Shown here: positions 26,801 through 39,850 of the stretch, in pieces
Layout: each line of letters starts with the position of its first letter
Position numbering within the stretch: the stretch's first letter is position 1
NCBI GenBank assembly: GCA_000697335.1
Contig: JNEM01011211.1
Coordinates: forward strand, 1 to 64,000
DNA from: Conidiobolus incongruus B7586
Lineage: Eukaryota
DNA: 64,000 nucleotides
Direction of reading: 5' to 3'
Made by a program: the position numbers and the translations under genes
The notes under the pieces: generated by a model
The model's input: the letters and a program-made list of their open reading frames with translations, nothing else
Told to the model about the DNA's origin: nothing
The model's database searches: none

Positions 26801-27313
26801 TACCGTGTCCCTGAATTGAATGTGCAAAATGGTGTTCTTAAATCTTTGTCTTTCTTATTCGAATACATTGGCGAAATGGGTAAAGATTACATTTACGCAG
26901 TCACTCCTATTTTAGAAGATGCTTTAATGGATCGTGATTTAGTACACAGACAAACTGCTTGTACAACTGTTAAGCATATGGCTCTTGGTGTTGCTGGATT
27001 AGGTTGTGAAGATGCACTACTTCACTTATTGAACTTTGTCTGGCCCAATATCTTTGAGACATCTCCTCACGTTATCAACGCTTTCATTGAAGCTATTGAA
27101 GGCCTTAGAGTTGCTCTTGGTCCAGGAAAGATTCTGCAATACTTGTTACAAGGTTTATTCCATCCAGCTCGTAAAGTTCGCGAAATCTATTGGAAATTGT
27201 ACAATAATATATACATCGCTTCACCTGACGCTCTTACTATGTTCTATCCACCCATCGAAAGTAACAATCCTAACAATGACTACAAGCGCTATGAACTAGA
27301 CTATATCATTTAA
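23881..27313 (+). CDS. SF3B1: U2 snRNP splicing factor SF3B1/Hsh155, frame-disrupted by internal deletions (recent pseudogene or assembly damage)
   Basis: RWD[EQ]TP ULM repeats, [56 protein letters not shown] and the terminal YELDYII are all present. One 5' intron (23891-23953). Homology is split over four ORFs by frameshifts near 25540, 26027 and 26194. Confidence 0.95.
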
Positions 27314-28142
27314 TTCGAATAATAACTTATTGCTTAATTATATATCATATATATGCTTAATAAAAAGCTCTATTTTTATCTATCTATATATACATATATA
27401 AGTATTTTGTATTCATATCCCATTTCGCTCCTTTCTCTGACTTATTGTAATACATAATATAAAACTATATTATTATTAAAATTCAAAATCAATTTATAAT
27501 AAAATTAACAAAATAGTCATAATTTTTAGATTATGGTTGGTGAATTTTCATATTCACTAAAATCAATTATAGAAAATATAAATTTGAATATAAAAAAAGC
27601 ATATTATGATATTTGGGATATTGAAACTAGATTTAATCAAATAATTCAATTAATAATTTGTATTTAATTATATATTAAAATAACCAAAAAAATTTATAAA
27701 TTATTATTAGTATATTGCAGCGGATTTTTAAAAAATTTTTGATAACTATAATTAAAAATAATAAAAATGAATTTTATTCAAAAATATGGGTCAAAATACT
27801 TTAATTTGTTAAACTAAGAAAAAATATAAATCATTTTCTTTATATGGCAAATTTATAGAATATTTATTTGATTATTCTATTAAAAAGGATAATTTCATTT
27901 TGCAATATCTAGTTGAGGCATTGACAATAATTAGTAATATGATAGCATAATAATATTACCAGTATATTAATGAATTAATTAAGGAGGGTAAAAATATAAT
28001 TTTATAGTTAAATTTTGAAATATAAAATATTGAAATATTGAGTTGCGATAGAATATAATAAAATTATTTATGGAAAAATTTAAACCTTAATAATTCATGA
28101 AAATTATTAGATATTTGTAATTATAAATTTATCATAATTTAA

Positions 28143-28226
28143 CCGACTATAGCTCAGTTGGTAGAGCGGGAGACTGTAGTTAGAGCTGTAATCTTTAGGT
28201 CACTGGTTCAATTCCGGTTGGTCGGA
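28143..28226 (+). tRNA. tRNA-Tyr(GTA) with 11-nt intron (28180-28190)
   Basis: Acceptor stem CCGACTA/TGGTCGG+A, D arm AGCTCAGTTGGTAGAGC, anticodon GTA at 28176-28178, T loop GGTTCAATTCC. Confidence 0.95.
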
Positions 28227-28493
28227 TCTTATAAAATTTTGAATTAAATGAGAATCTCTTGAATCCTACTTCAAATTTTATATCAAAATATTATTTTACT
28301 CCTTTTCATTAAATATAGGATTTAAAATATGAAATGGTCTTTTTGTCAATTTCTGCATTTTCAAACATATCAAAAATTTTCAATATTGAAATAAAATAAC
28401 TAAAAAAATTCATAGGATAAAATAATATATAAATATATATTTGTATTTGTTATTATTATTTTTTGATTTGAAAATTTATTATTAAAATTACAA

Positions 28494-29512
28494 ATGGTTA
28501 AACTAGAGAGAGATTATCAAGAGTTTTTTATTTAGGTATCATTAAAACTCAACCACAAACCCTTTAAAATCCTTCAAAATTTACAAGCAGCTTAAAATAA
28601 TAATACTATTCAAAACTACAGTTTGTTATTAAATTTGTGACTTTAAAGCCACAAGACAAAGTATCAAGATTTACCAATATCTAGTAGGTTAATTTCTATC
28701 ACTATTTTGTTAATTATTAAAAAAAGTAAAAAATTACATTAAAAATCATCTTTTTATTTTATTAAATTATCAAAGAATTTTAAGATTAATTATAAAAATG
28801 TGTTATATATATTGAAATTTAAAATTGATTTAATTTAAAAAATGTAAAATAGGTGCCCTTCACTTTAATACAAGCTTAGAAGAAATCCAAGGCTGTTACA
28901 GCTATAAAAAGCTTATGTAATTATAGCTAAACACTGAAGCTTTTATATTATATTATTATAATTTATGAATCTTAAATCCTTGTTTTTATTTATTTATTTA
29001 ACCACATATCAAAATGCTTTGATAAGCCAAAACATGCCTATTTATAATTTCAAACAAAATAGCATGTTATTTATAAAATAATATTAATTTTTCATTAAGT
29101 TATAATAGTATAATGGTTTTTATTTAGCTCTTGAAGGTTAAAAAATTGATTATAATTTATATTTTTTTAATAAAATAATTTTTAAATTGTGTTCTTAATA
29201 TAAATTTAGAATGTATTATTTTACCTAAAGATTATGCAATATATAAAGCTAAAGCTGTAAAAACTTTTTTTAATAAAATCAACTGATAAAAGCTACTCTA
29301 TCTAGTGTATTCATTAGATTATAACATGTGATTATAATTGCTTTAGATTATTAAAAATTTAGTTTACAAGGAAGAAAATTCTAAATATAAACTACCAAGG
29401 TTGGAAAATATCTGATTTTAGTTTTAAATAAAAAAGGTTATTTTTAAGGTATTAAGAACTTGCTAAAGATATATCATAAAGTTATATTAATCAAAGAAAG
29501 TATTAATTTTAT
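28494..29512 (+). mobile_element. Heavily mutated mariner-family transposase relic (copy 1)
   Basis: Broken frames give MVKLERDYQEFFI*VSLKLNHKPFKILQNLQAA (HTH), FKATRQSIKDLP (cf. FKxGRxSxxDxPRSGRP), *VPFTL (WVPHEL linker, ~28850), LYLVYSLD..CDYNCF..LK (HPPYSPDLxPxDY, ~29300-29350) and GIKNLLKIYHKVI. TIRs not recognisable. Confidence 0.7.
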
Positions 29513-30152
29513 AATATATATTTATTTTATTATATTTTATATTAAAATTATATTTAAAATTAAATTGAAAAAATTCCATTACCTAATTTCTAATCTTATA
29601 ACAACTGATTATTATTTTTACAAAACACAACATATTTTTATAGTTTCATAAAAATAAAATATAAAATTTTTTTAATTAAAAATAATTTCTATTATAATTA
29701 TTAAAGGTTCATTTTTGACCAAATAATATTTCATTTTATAGGAAAATTTAAATTCTTTCCATGAATCTTATATTCAGTTGGTCATCATATTTACTAGTTA
29801 AATACATTTTATACTTTGAGTTTTTCTTAGTTTCAACTATATATTTTATGATTAATGTTGATAAAATATTAGTTTTATATTCTTTATTTTTGTTCATTGA
29901 TATAACTCAGTCATTTAATTTCATGAGACATTATATCAAAATGGACAATGAATTAAAAATAATATAAACATTAATAGTATTCAAATAAAATAGAAATTGG
30001 AGTAATAGAATGATAAATTTAACATTATTCAATAATATTGATAATAATGGCATGATTTAGAATTATTTGAATGAAAAAATTGCAAAAATATCAATTTTTA
30101 AAAAACCAATATTATATTTAACCAATAGTCAAATATGTTATAATAATAGTTA

Positions 30153-31449
30153 TCAAAGTTTTGATGAAGCGGACACTTTAGATTTCAAATTTGTAATCCA
30201 GTCGATATAATCCTTGCACACCTGAAATCAAATATTAAATTAATAATAATTATATTATAAGATGTATAGTTTTTACCTCTTCGCGACAAAAATCATTATG
30301 AACTATGAATAATATTCAATTAGCCGAGAGCTCTGAAAAATTTTAAATCAACTTACGTTCATGATAAGCACCATCATATGATTTAAATGTTACATTAGGA
30401 TGAGTTTTCTTCATGTTCTCGTATACTTGTTGAGTTCCTGCATGGAGAGTGATTTTATCTCCAGTACCATGAGTAAGTAATACGTTAGGAATTTTGATTT
30501 TATCACAGTGATTCTTAATGGCATTGGAGGTTAGTAAATCTTGGGCTACAATTAAATTTTAATATAACATGCTTAAGAAAGCTGAATAAATAGTTAATTA
30601 CCATAGATAAGCGATGCAACAGGAGTAATTAAAGGATCATCTTTATATATTTTAACTTCTTCTTCAATTCTACTAATAAAACTAGGATCTATATTCTATC
30701 ATTAATATACCATTTAAATACATCAAATTTCAATAAATTACCAATATTTGCCTTAGTCTTATGATACGGAAGAATTTTAACAAGCCTTTTAAGGATAAAT
30801 ACTATGACTGGATGAGGTAAAACTTCAGGTGGTACTTCGAATCCAGGAGCTAATTAAATATGTGTAATATATTAGATTTAAGGTAATTTTCAAGTTATTA
30901 AGAAATAAAAAACTTACAACATGCAATAAGCCCATTGATTAAATCTTTCTTTCCACCATAGACGGAGTAATTAAAAGCAGCTAATCCTCCCTAAACAATC
31001 AGATGATTAAACTCTGAAGAAATTAATATATCAACGATAGATCATACATAACTGTGACCCATTAAAACCAAATTAAGTCTAGGATCATAAAATTTTTCTA
31101 CAATTTCGTCAATATCTCTAAATAGTGTTTTAAAACTGCTTCCAACTCCCAGTTTCTTGATTTTTTGAGCAGTCTCTCCATGACCCCTCTGGTCAAAAGA
31201 GACTACTTTGATACCGTTTTGTGCAAAGCGCTTGAAAAATTCTACGTAGCGTTTAGTGTGTTCACCGAATCCATGTAAGAAAATGACTATCGAATTAAGA
31301 GGAGTATCGATTGGCTAAATGTAATTCAATATTAAAAATAAATTAAAAAGACATAAATTTTCAATTACACTCCAAATTCTCAATAATAAATCAGTATTTG
31401 AATGTTTTGTAGTATACCACTCTTCACGAATATCAACAGAGTTCTCCAT
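30153..31449 (-). CDS. Alpha/beta hydrolase, monoglyceride lipase/lysophospholipase family, ~8 exons
   Basis: Spliced translation has FLHGFGEH, FDQRGHG, nucleophile GHSY|GG, DPLI, HGTGDKIT, YDGAYHE|LHND. Canonical GT-AG introns. Confidence 0.88.
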
Positions 31450-34098
31450 TTAATAAATATATGTTATTGGAAAGATTATTTAACTGATTTTCAAAGTGAA
31501 AAACTTTATAAACTATGTGACTGATAATCCCTTTTTATATCAAATTTCAATGATTTAATGGCTCGAGATTATTAACCAATCAATCATTAGAAACGTTTAC
31601 CCTAAACTTATTATTTTAATTATATTCGAATTATTCAAATTTTCATATGAATTATAAATATTCATTTAAAATCAATCATAAGATACTTACAAATATAGTC
31701 AAAAAAATTACAGTTAATAATGATACAATTCATATATGAGTTATTTGAGAAAGTATATAATACTCTACTATAATTTCTTTCTGTCATTCTAATATATTTA
31801 CAATACTTGGGTTGATGAGAATCAAGTCTGGAATTTTAAAATTTGATTTTTTTGAAGTGAATTATAAACACTGCATCAATATTAAAAAATTGTGTATCAT
31901 AATTTTTAGAAAAATAATGTCCTTTTAAAATATGAGCAATGATAATTTGCTTTATTGTTCACAATATCCATATACTACATCAAAGAGATTTTGGATGTCT
32001 AATAAGTAATATGATCTTTCATTTAATTAATATAAAACCATTCATAAATTAACCATGATATATGAAATGGTTGTAAAAAATCAATCCCTTCAAAATATAA
32101 ATATTAATTCAATCCAGTTATTAATCAGGATTATCCAGGATTAATAAATTGTAACGATGATTATTTCGGATCATTTTTTTGTTTATCATTTTGGGTCAAG
32201 TGAAAATTGAAAATATTTCAAAAGTTTATTGGTTAATGTTTCAACATACACATAGAATTTAGTAAGATATTTTTATAAGACAAATCAATAATATTTTAAT
32301 AATCTTTAAAAATTACTTTGATTCCTATATTGTTAGAAGATAATCTGTCAAAGCATTTTAAAAACCTTTTAAGCTTTTTAATTTTTTACCCACCACTTTA
32401 TCCATATAGTTATCACTCACAAATAGCTGAGGATAAATAATTATCCATTTCAAAGGATTACTTAGTACTTGGTTCTTAATTTAATAGCTTCGATGTTTTG
32501 AATAATTACATTTTCAACGAAGATTTGCATTACCCACTAAAAGCTCAAAAATTTGAAATAATCAATTATACGTCAATTTTAAATAATCCATAATTTCATT
32601 TCTAAATGATATGGAAACTAGAATTATAAGTAATATCATTAAAATTTATCTACAACTAAATTATTATCAGTTGATTTAAATATTATCGATTAAGAAAAAT
32701 GAAACAAATTCTGTGATAATATTTCTATTATATTTTCCAATTTGCCAAAATATTAAGTTTTAATTTTCAAATATATTAAAGTATGTAAAATAAAATTGTC
32801 AAATTTTAATATCAAAATAGTTGAAGGTAAAAATTAAATATACCAATATATTATTATAAAAACAATTCAGCTAAATCCATTTTTTATATCTCTTGATCAT
32901 TGTGATTGATTTGAATATTTAAACATAATTTTTCAAGATGAAATTTAAACTTACCATTTATATATGTGTCTATAAATTTGAAAAAGTATTGATAATAAGA
33001 CAGATAATAACTTTGGTATATAATATAATCGAGAAGCAAAAATCAATTGTTTCAACTATTATTGGATATTCTTAAATAACTCAATATGTTTAAAGTAAAA
33101 TTGTTTAAAATGTTTAAACATCATTTAAATATTAAGTATAGGTCTAAAGGGTATTTAACCAATTGCCTTGAGTTTAATAATGATAGTAATATTTAAATCA
33201 ATAATTAGTACTTTGGAGGATATACTTTAGGCTTTAAATTTATAGTCCAATCGATGCAATTTTCACATATTATTCACTGCTTTGTTGTTATAGAAAGACG
33301 AGCTTGAGTATATTGTAAATTGGTTATTATATGATGTTAATAATATTTGGATATTTAACATTTTAGAACCTCAATGAAGCTTGCGATCATTAATACAAAA
33401 CTATCTTGTGTATAGTTTAAATAACACAATAATTTAAATATATTTTGAATAATATAAATGTTGATATAAGTTTCGGGTAAATTTTGCCTAACCGTATAAT
33501 CACATAGGTAATAATCTTATACAAAGTTTTAAAAAAGCTAATATATTCATTTTATATTATTTGAAGTGCATAAAGGATAATGGGATAAAACTTTATGATG
33601 AATGAGAAATAGTTGAGTTTCTCTATAATTTTTTATATCATGTAATAATTATATTAATGAAGCTCTGATCCGTTTTTAAAGTATTCAAATGAATAGTACT
33701 TTAAATGGTTATAAGTAAAGAAAAATATGCTCTATTTAATATTTCAGGGGTTTGGAAAAGTGATATCAATTAAGTTAATTACATGCTTTGTACCTTGAAT
33801 AAATATGTATAATCAATTGATAAATGAAAAGTAGATGTTATTTTGCAAATAATGAGATTTAGCATTTGAAATTATTTTTGCAAATTACATTTTATCATTG
33901 GGATAATTAAAATATTATATACGTTCATAAGCTAATAAATGGTATATAAAAGCAGATAGTGCTATTATCTTATTTCTATTCAATGTTAATTTAAATAATG
34001 AAACTAAAATATTGGAACTATTATGGTAATGTCCTGTCAATTATTCAATATTGATGACATTGGTATTATGATCTTTGCTCTTGATAACTTTGATTTGC

Positions 34099-37000
34099 TT
34101 AGTGATTAAAACTGAACTGAATGTTTCCACCATTCACCTTAGCTGAGAATTTGGGAATTTTGCTAGCCAGGACTATTTCATCGTCTTTGTCAGATTTCAG
34201 GTTGTCAATTTCATTTTGATCTACTTTGGAAATGTTACGAGTTTTGGGTACCGGTATATGGCTGATAAATTCTCTCTTGAACTCGTTTAAGTTGTTGCTT
34301 CTAAATATTTTGAGGAATGAGTGAGGAATTTTATTGATAATTGAACAGATTGCATAACTTTTGTAATGAATTTCTTGTCCAAGAGAACTAACCTATTAAG
34401 TTTAGATGAATTGGAAATATCGTATTCCTGAGATATCCCTATATTGATTTGAATCATATTACGGAACTTAGCTTCAACCAAACTTTGTCCCAAGGTATAT
34501 GCGAGAAGAAAAGATACAGCATTATCAATTTGACGATAAATATTGAAAGGATTTTCAAGTCAGAACCATTAAAAATTGAAGCCATATGGGAAGCTCTGAA
34601 CTCTAGCGTACTCACGGACACTTAATAAACGTCTTTAAGAAGGGCGAATAACTATACCACTCTTAGACATTGGATCCAAGTCAGTAATTCCCGAGAAAAA
34701 AATTTCCTTTGAAGTCTATTTTACCAAAAAAGACCCTTCCAACAATTACGACGATTTGCTGCACTACCCTTATGAGAGAGATACCAAGACTCGAATGGGC
34801 CAGGAAGACTGTGGTGGTCAAGGTCTGGAACCATGGGAATGTCGCAACTTTTTCCAGCGTTTAATTCATACAAACTCCTCATGACACGTTGACAAAACTT
34901 AGTGGAACTTTAATGACATCAGTATTGGAACTCTGAAATGGCGGGTGACTGGTATTCCAGCTCCATGTATTCTATATAATTTCTATCTGTTACTTCAAAT
35001 TTGATAACAATATTGAGGCATTAATGAGTATCTTTGTGATCTGGAACTACTTTGGGTGGATTCTTATATACATAGTGAAGAAGATCGAAAATGGCAGCGA
35101 ATACATTCACCTCAGGTTTTGGAGCACATTGTCTGGTTCTCTTATTCTAGTAGTAATTGGCGTTAAAAGGTAGTTGAATAGCTATAGAGCAGTTTTTGGC
35201 AAAGCACGTTGATGGCTGTAAGGAATTAGGTATTGCTTTACCTAGTTTGGTGCCCAATTTAATAATATAAGTCTAGATTGATTTCATCTATTAAGGCCTG
35301 CTTGTTGAATACTAAATCTAACTTGGTATCCCATACAAGTGAGTGAACGGAAGATGAATTTCAAATCACCCTGCTTGGTACCTCCAACAATTTTCAGTTC
35401 ATCTTGTTCACGACCTAAAATTGATTAAACTTCGTGCACTTTCTAGTAAAAAAATAGTTAGGACGTTAGAAACCAACATAGATGTGGCAATCAATGAATT
35501 TTTAATATCATTGGCTTTCTTATATTGATTGATACCACTAAATCCTTGATAAAGGAGGACCGCAATAAATCATATCAATTGATCCAAGAGGTGGAAGTAT
35601 TGGCAATGATTTACTTAAAGTATATAGCCGCAGCTAGCTCAGTACCTTCATTGTAAATAAAAATAGCCCTCTTCAAGAGCAATTTGGCATATTAGTTATA
35701 CCCAGTAGCATCAGGGAAATTCTTCTTGAAAGATAGAGTGGCAGCACAATCATTCTCAATGGAATATTCAGTGTCAACTAATCCAGCTTCTTTGAAACCA
35801 TACGTCATGCCACCACATCGTGAGAAAATATCGAGTGCAACAGGAGGATTGGATGTTTTGACAGTTTCATCGCATTGCTTAATCTGAGTTTGTCTGATAT
35901 CCATGCATTGCTGGCAATATTGAACTTTGTTATCATTGGAAACCTCGAGAGCGTCAGAGCTGTTTTTAAGTTTAGAAGTATAAAATTGATCTGGATCCTT
36001 GATATATTCAGCCAAGTTTTTGATTTCGTTTTCATGCTGAAGGAAACATTTACCTTCAAATCTTTGGATATTATTAGTACTATATCTCGGACGAAATTAT
36101 ATTTCTAGGGCTCTTGATGTTAGTTTTGGGACTGTGAACAGTGTTGGCTTCAATAGAAGAAACTGATCTTTCAACGCGCTTCAAGTATCTAGCCTGGAAA
36201 TTGAGAGAGCATTTGTTTGATTCATTTTCAAGACAATCTGATTCTCCTTCCTCGAGAGATACAGGTTGACCAATTTGGTAAAGGCCAGTCTGAGAGGTAG
36301 GGATGATGTAAACAAAGTCGTACAAGTGATATTTGATATCTTTATAAGTCACTTCCTGCTTGTTGGCAACAATATTATCATAATCCCGTCTAGTTTCTTG
36401 GAGGATTTCTGTTGGGTTTAAGACTGCACTAGTTCAATATGGTACCATAAGCTGAAGAATTATGAGTCTTTTATTCAGATTCATCTTTGGACAAAGACAT
36501 GACATCCATTTTGCACTTGGAAATCACATTTTGCTAAGAAATTGTAAAACTTCTTTGATTGTAAGGAATACTTGTGGTCCAGAGAGTTCTCCAATGCCAG
36601 TTTTTGATCCATGAATAAATACATTAGCAACGAATTTGGTGTTTTCAAGCTTACTCTTGAATAAAACTCTAATTAAAGCAACTCGGCGGCGTTGACTGAT
36701 TGGATCTTTGAAGGTGATAGAATCTCCTGCTTGGATAATTTCATCACTCAATTTAACCTTAGCATAAAAATTACCATAGGTAATGGATTCATCTTCGTAG
36801 TTTTATTGTTCTACTATTATCAATGATAACTGATTCATCATACCAAAAGATGATGTTTCCATCACTGGATTGATAAACTGGACCATCTTCGAGGCCATTT
36901 TGGACTCACTGTTGAGGAGCAAGGAACCCAGCGACCATCTCCTTAATAAGATCGGTTACTACAAGAACAGTGATACTGTTGTTGGCAGGATTACCGTTAT

Positions 37001-37760
37001 AATGCACTCTCTGACACGGGTTTTCACTATTGGCTTTAATAATAGGTACACTTGCTCTCAAGTCCAAGATAGATTAGCAAATAAGGGTTGTCCAAAAGTC
37101 AAAGTAGTCACGATTTTCAATTCAATACTCACGTTGCTAGTGTAGTTGGTCTAAAAACGTTTTAAATTCACAAGGGCTATGACTAGAAGATTGTCATAAA
37201 ATGGGAAAGTTTACTTGGATAAATGAGTTAAATTTCATTCAAGTAATTGTAATGTAGCTTCAGGTTCGTTGATTAATGTGAAATTGAAAAGATTAGCTGC
37301 TCTAATTTGTTTGAATAGTGTTGAATTTTGGTGCTTTCTAATAATAGGATTTTCTCAAATAATAATCAGCAAATTGTGTTCTCAATCAAATTTCACTGAC
37401 TCCACTCAATTTAAATTCGACTTAAAAATGGAAAATGGTGGTTAACTTGATTAGAGTGCGGTTAGACTATTTATTTCCCTAGTTTTGAAAAGCATCATCA
37501 TTTTTTATTAAGAAATTCATCTTGCTCATCATCAAAGGCGGGATTTATATAATAAACTACCAAATCTTATTTCTCAGGTTCACCAATTTGCGCTTCTATG
37601 ATCCATTGCCTTTTGGTAGGATAATAAAGATCATAATTTGGAATTAAGCAACAAAACAAATTATTAATGAAAGTTTAGATCTTTGGTTTCTTCAATAGCA
37701 TTTTCAGTTTTTTGAATGAAAACAGCAGCTTTTCTTAGTGAAAAGGGGCCAATTTAGATA
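34099..37760 (-). pseudogene. DNMT1: DNMT1/DIM-2-type C5 DNA methyltransferase pseudogene (BAH domains + catalytic domain)
   Basis: BAH-like fragments (36080-36751). Motif I ALDIFSRCGG, motif IV IYCGPP-(+1 nt)-YQGFSGIN (~35540-35570), GYQVRFSIQQAG..QSR, motif IX LSVREYARVQSFP, motif X YRQIDNAV. Many stops and frameshifts; ends approximate. Confidence 0.9.
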
Positions 37761-37994
37761 TGAATATAACTTAAATAGATAGATTAACTCAAGCTGATGA
37801 TTTATTTGTTTCACTAGTTTTCATATGAACAATCTATAAAAAGGATTCAATAACAAATTTATTAATTCCTTTTTAAAAATATTAAAAATTTATAATTATA
37901 ATTAGCTTTAGACACATTTCTTTTATTCCTAGATGCTACTTCAATCATTGATAAATGGATATAACCTATGATGTTACAGAGTTGTTCTATTACA

Positions 37995-38337
37995 CAGTGG
38001 TTCAAAAAGTTTACCAATTTTGATTTTATATTTTAATAATTTAAATAAAAATAAAGGGGAAAAATATGATTTTAATAAATAATAACTCCCTTGTACTTCA
38101 AAAACAGAACTTTATACTAATGATAATTACTTAACCACTTTACAAGGTTTTCATAATTTATCTTCAAAATTCTTCTTTTAGTTTTGAAATGTGAAATTGA
38201 AATGTCAAATTCATTTTCCTGAATTAAATTCTTCAATTTATCAAAGCAATTATAATCACAAATATTTATATCTAGTGATTATAGTGGGTTTGGTAATAAA
38301 AACCAATTCTTTTCAATAAACAAATCTTTCATTTTTG

Positions 38338-38382
<45 letters not shown>

Positions 38383-39302
38383 TTATCATATGAAATAAAT
38401 GATTTTTTAATCGAATTTTCCATATATTAATTTGTGACTTTATTTTAAAATTCTAAAATATATGCTACTATTATAATTTATTTTTGCTGGTAATAATTGG
38501 TGGAATGTTATATAATTAATATTTATGCCTAATAAAAATATTTACTTTTTCAAATAATTTTTGTTTGATAATTCATAGTGGTGTTTTTAATTTTTTTAAC
38601 CAAAGCAATTTTTTATTTCTTAGTAATAAATCATATAATAGAATTTATAACTAATCTATTATAATAATTTTTTAAACTTTGTAAAATAAACCTTATAAAA
38701 ACATATATTTAGATCAGCTATATTTTTTCTTTTATCTATTTAATCTCTAATTAAAATATAAAGTGCTTGTGCTGTAAAATTTTTAACTAATTTTGAGTTA
38801 TTTTCTAATATAATGATAATAAATTTAACATCCAGATATAAAGATTGTGCTAGTTTTTTTATTGAGGTATATAAGTGATATTTTAAATACTTTTCTATTT
38901 ATATTTCGCTAATTATAGATTTAAAATAACATAAACAAAGTAATTTTTTTATATTAGGTCTTCCAACTTTAAGTTGATTAAATTAATATGTAATATTTTA
39001 CTTTTAAAACTTTTTGTCACTAGTAACTATTCAGAAATTTTTCTGAATAGTTGATATATATCGTTTTGTATAGTATGGTACCTTGTTAAATGCTTTTTAT
39101 TTAATTTAGGTAAATTTTGAAATTCTATGATTTCCAGTCATTTTATTTTTTGTTGATATTATCCTAGAAAGTTATATTATATATATAATAAATATGATAA
39201 ACCATTAGATCTCTTACTATTAATTAAAATAATTATAAAGTGAAACAATTATAATTAATAAAATAGTATTTAATTTGTAAGGGATTACCTTTTGAACCAC
39301 TG
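37995..39302 (-). mobile_element. Mariner-family element relic (copy 2), ~1.3 kb, with surviving TIRs
   Basis: 13-bp perfect inverted termini CAGTGGTTCAAAA (37995) / TTTTGAACCACTG (39290-39302). Minus-strand frame LLPNPL*SLDINICDYNCFDKLK (~38230-38300), C-terminal EVQGSYIY*, N-terminal FNQLKVGRP. Confidence 0.78.
38340..38378. repeat. (TA)n microsatellite inside mariner relic 2
   Basis: Seen directly in sequence. Confidence 0.9.
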
Positions 39303-39850
39303 GCTATCTTGTTAAACATGTATAATATATTAATTATTTTTAATATAAAATACATGAGTTTTAGTTATTTGGATTAAGAAAAGCAACCCAAACACCAAAC
39401 CCAATGCAATTAATACAGTTTGAATCAATAATATAATTTTTTTATGAAAAATCACATCAGATTGAAAACTATTGGTAAAATCTGATTTAAGTAACCAAAC
39501 TTGATTTCACCTGTTGATTGGTTGAATACAAAGACGCGTTTTCAAACAATGACAATATAAGTATATTTTTACTTGGAAGTTTATTGATTTACCAAGGCAA
39601 AAAGAAACATCATAACTGATAATGTTAAAATATATTTTTAATTGAAATTCAAATTAATAATATATTTCACGTAATATTAAACAAAGACTATTAGAAGTTT
39701 TGATAAAATTTATATCCTTATGTTTTGACTAACCTTGAACTATTTGATTACATTGGTGTATATTTGTTAAGATAGATTTAAATTTTTATTTTAAATATCA
39801 TTTAAATCAAAAACTTTCCAGGTAAAGCTGATAATTTCTTATAATCTGTA

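Noticed and set aside
29460..29967. Two short AT-rich ORFs in the track
   Set aside because: Low-complexity I/F/Y/K frames; the first merely overlaps the 3' end of mariner relic 1
31650..32600. Possible decayed gene on the minus strand
   Set aside because: Only short open stretches with no motif I can name
39025..39052. 13-bp inverted repeat AACTATTCAGAAA/TTTCTGAATAGTT
   Set aside because: Lies inside a dead transposon; most likely a repair or template-switch scar, not a terminator
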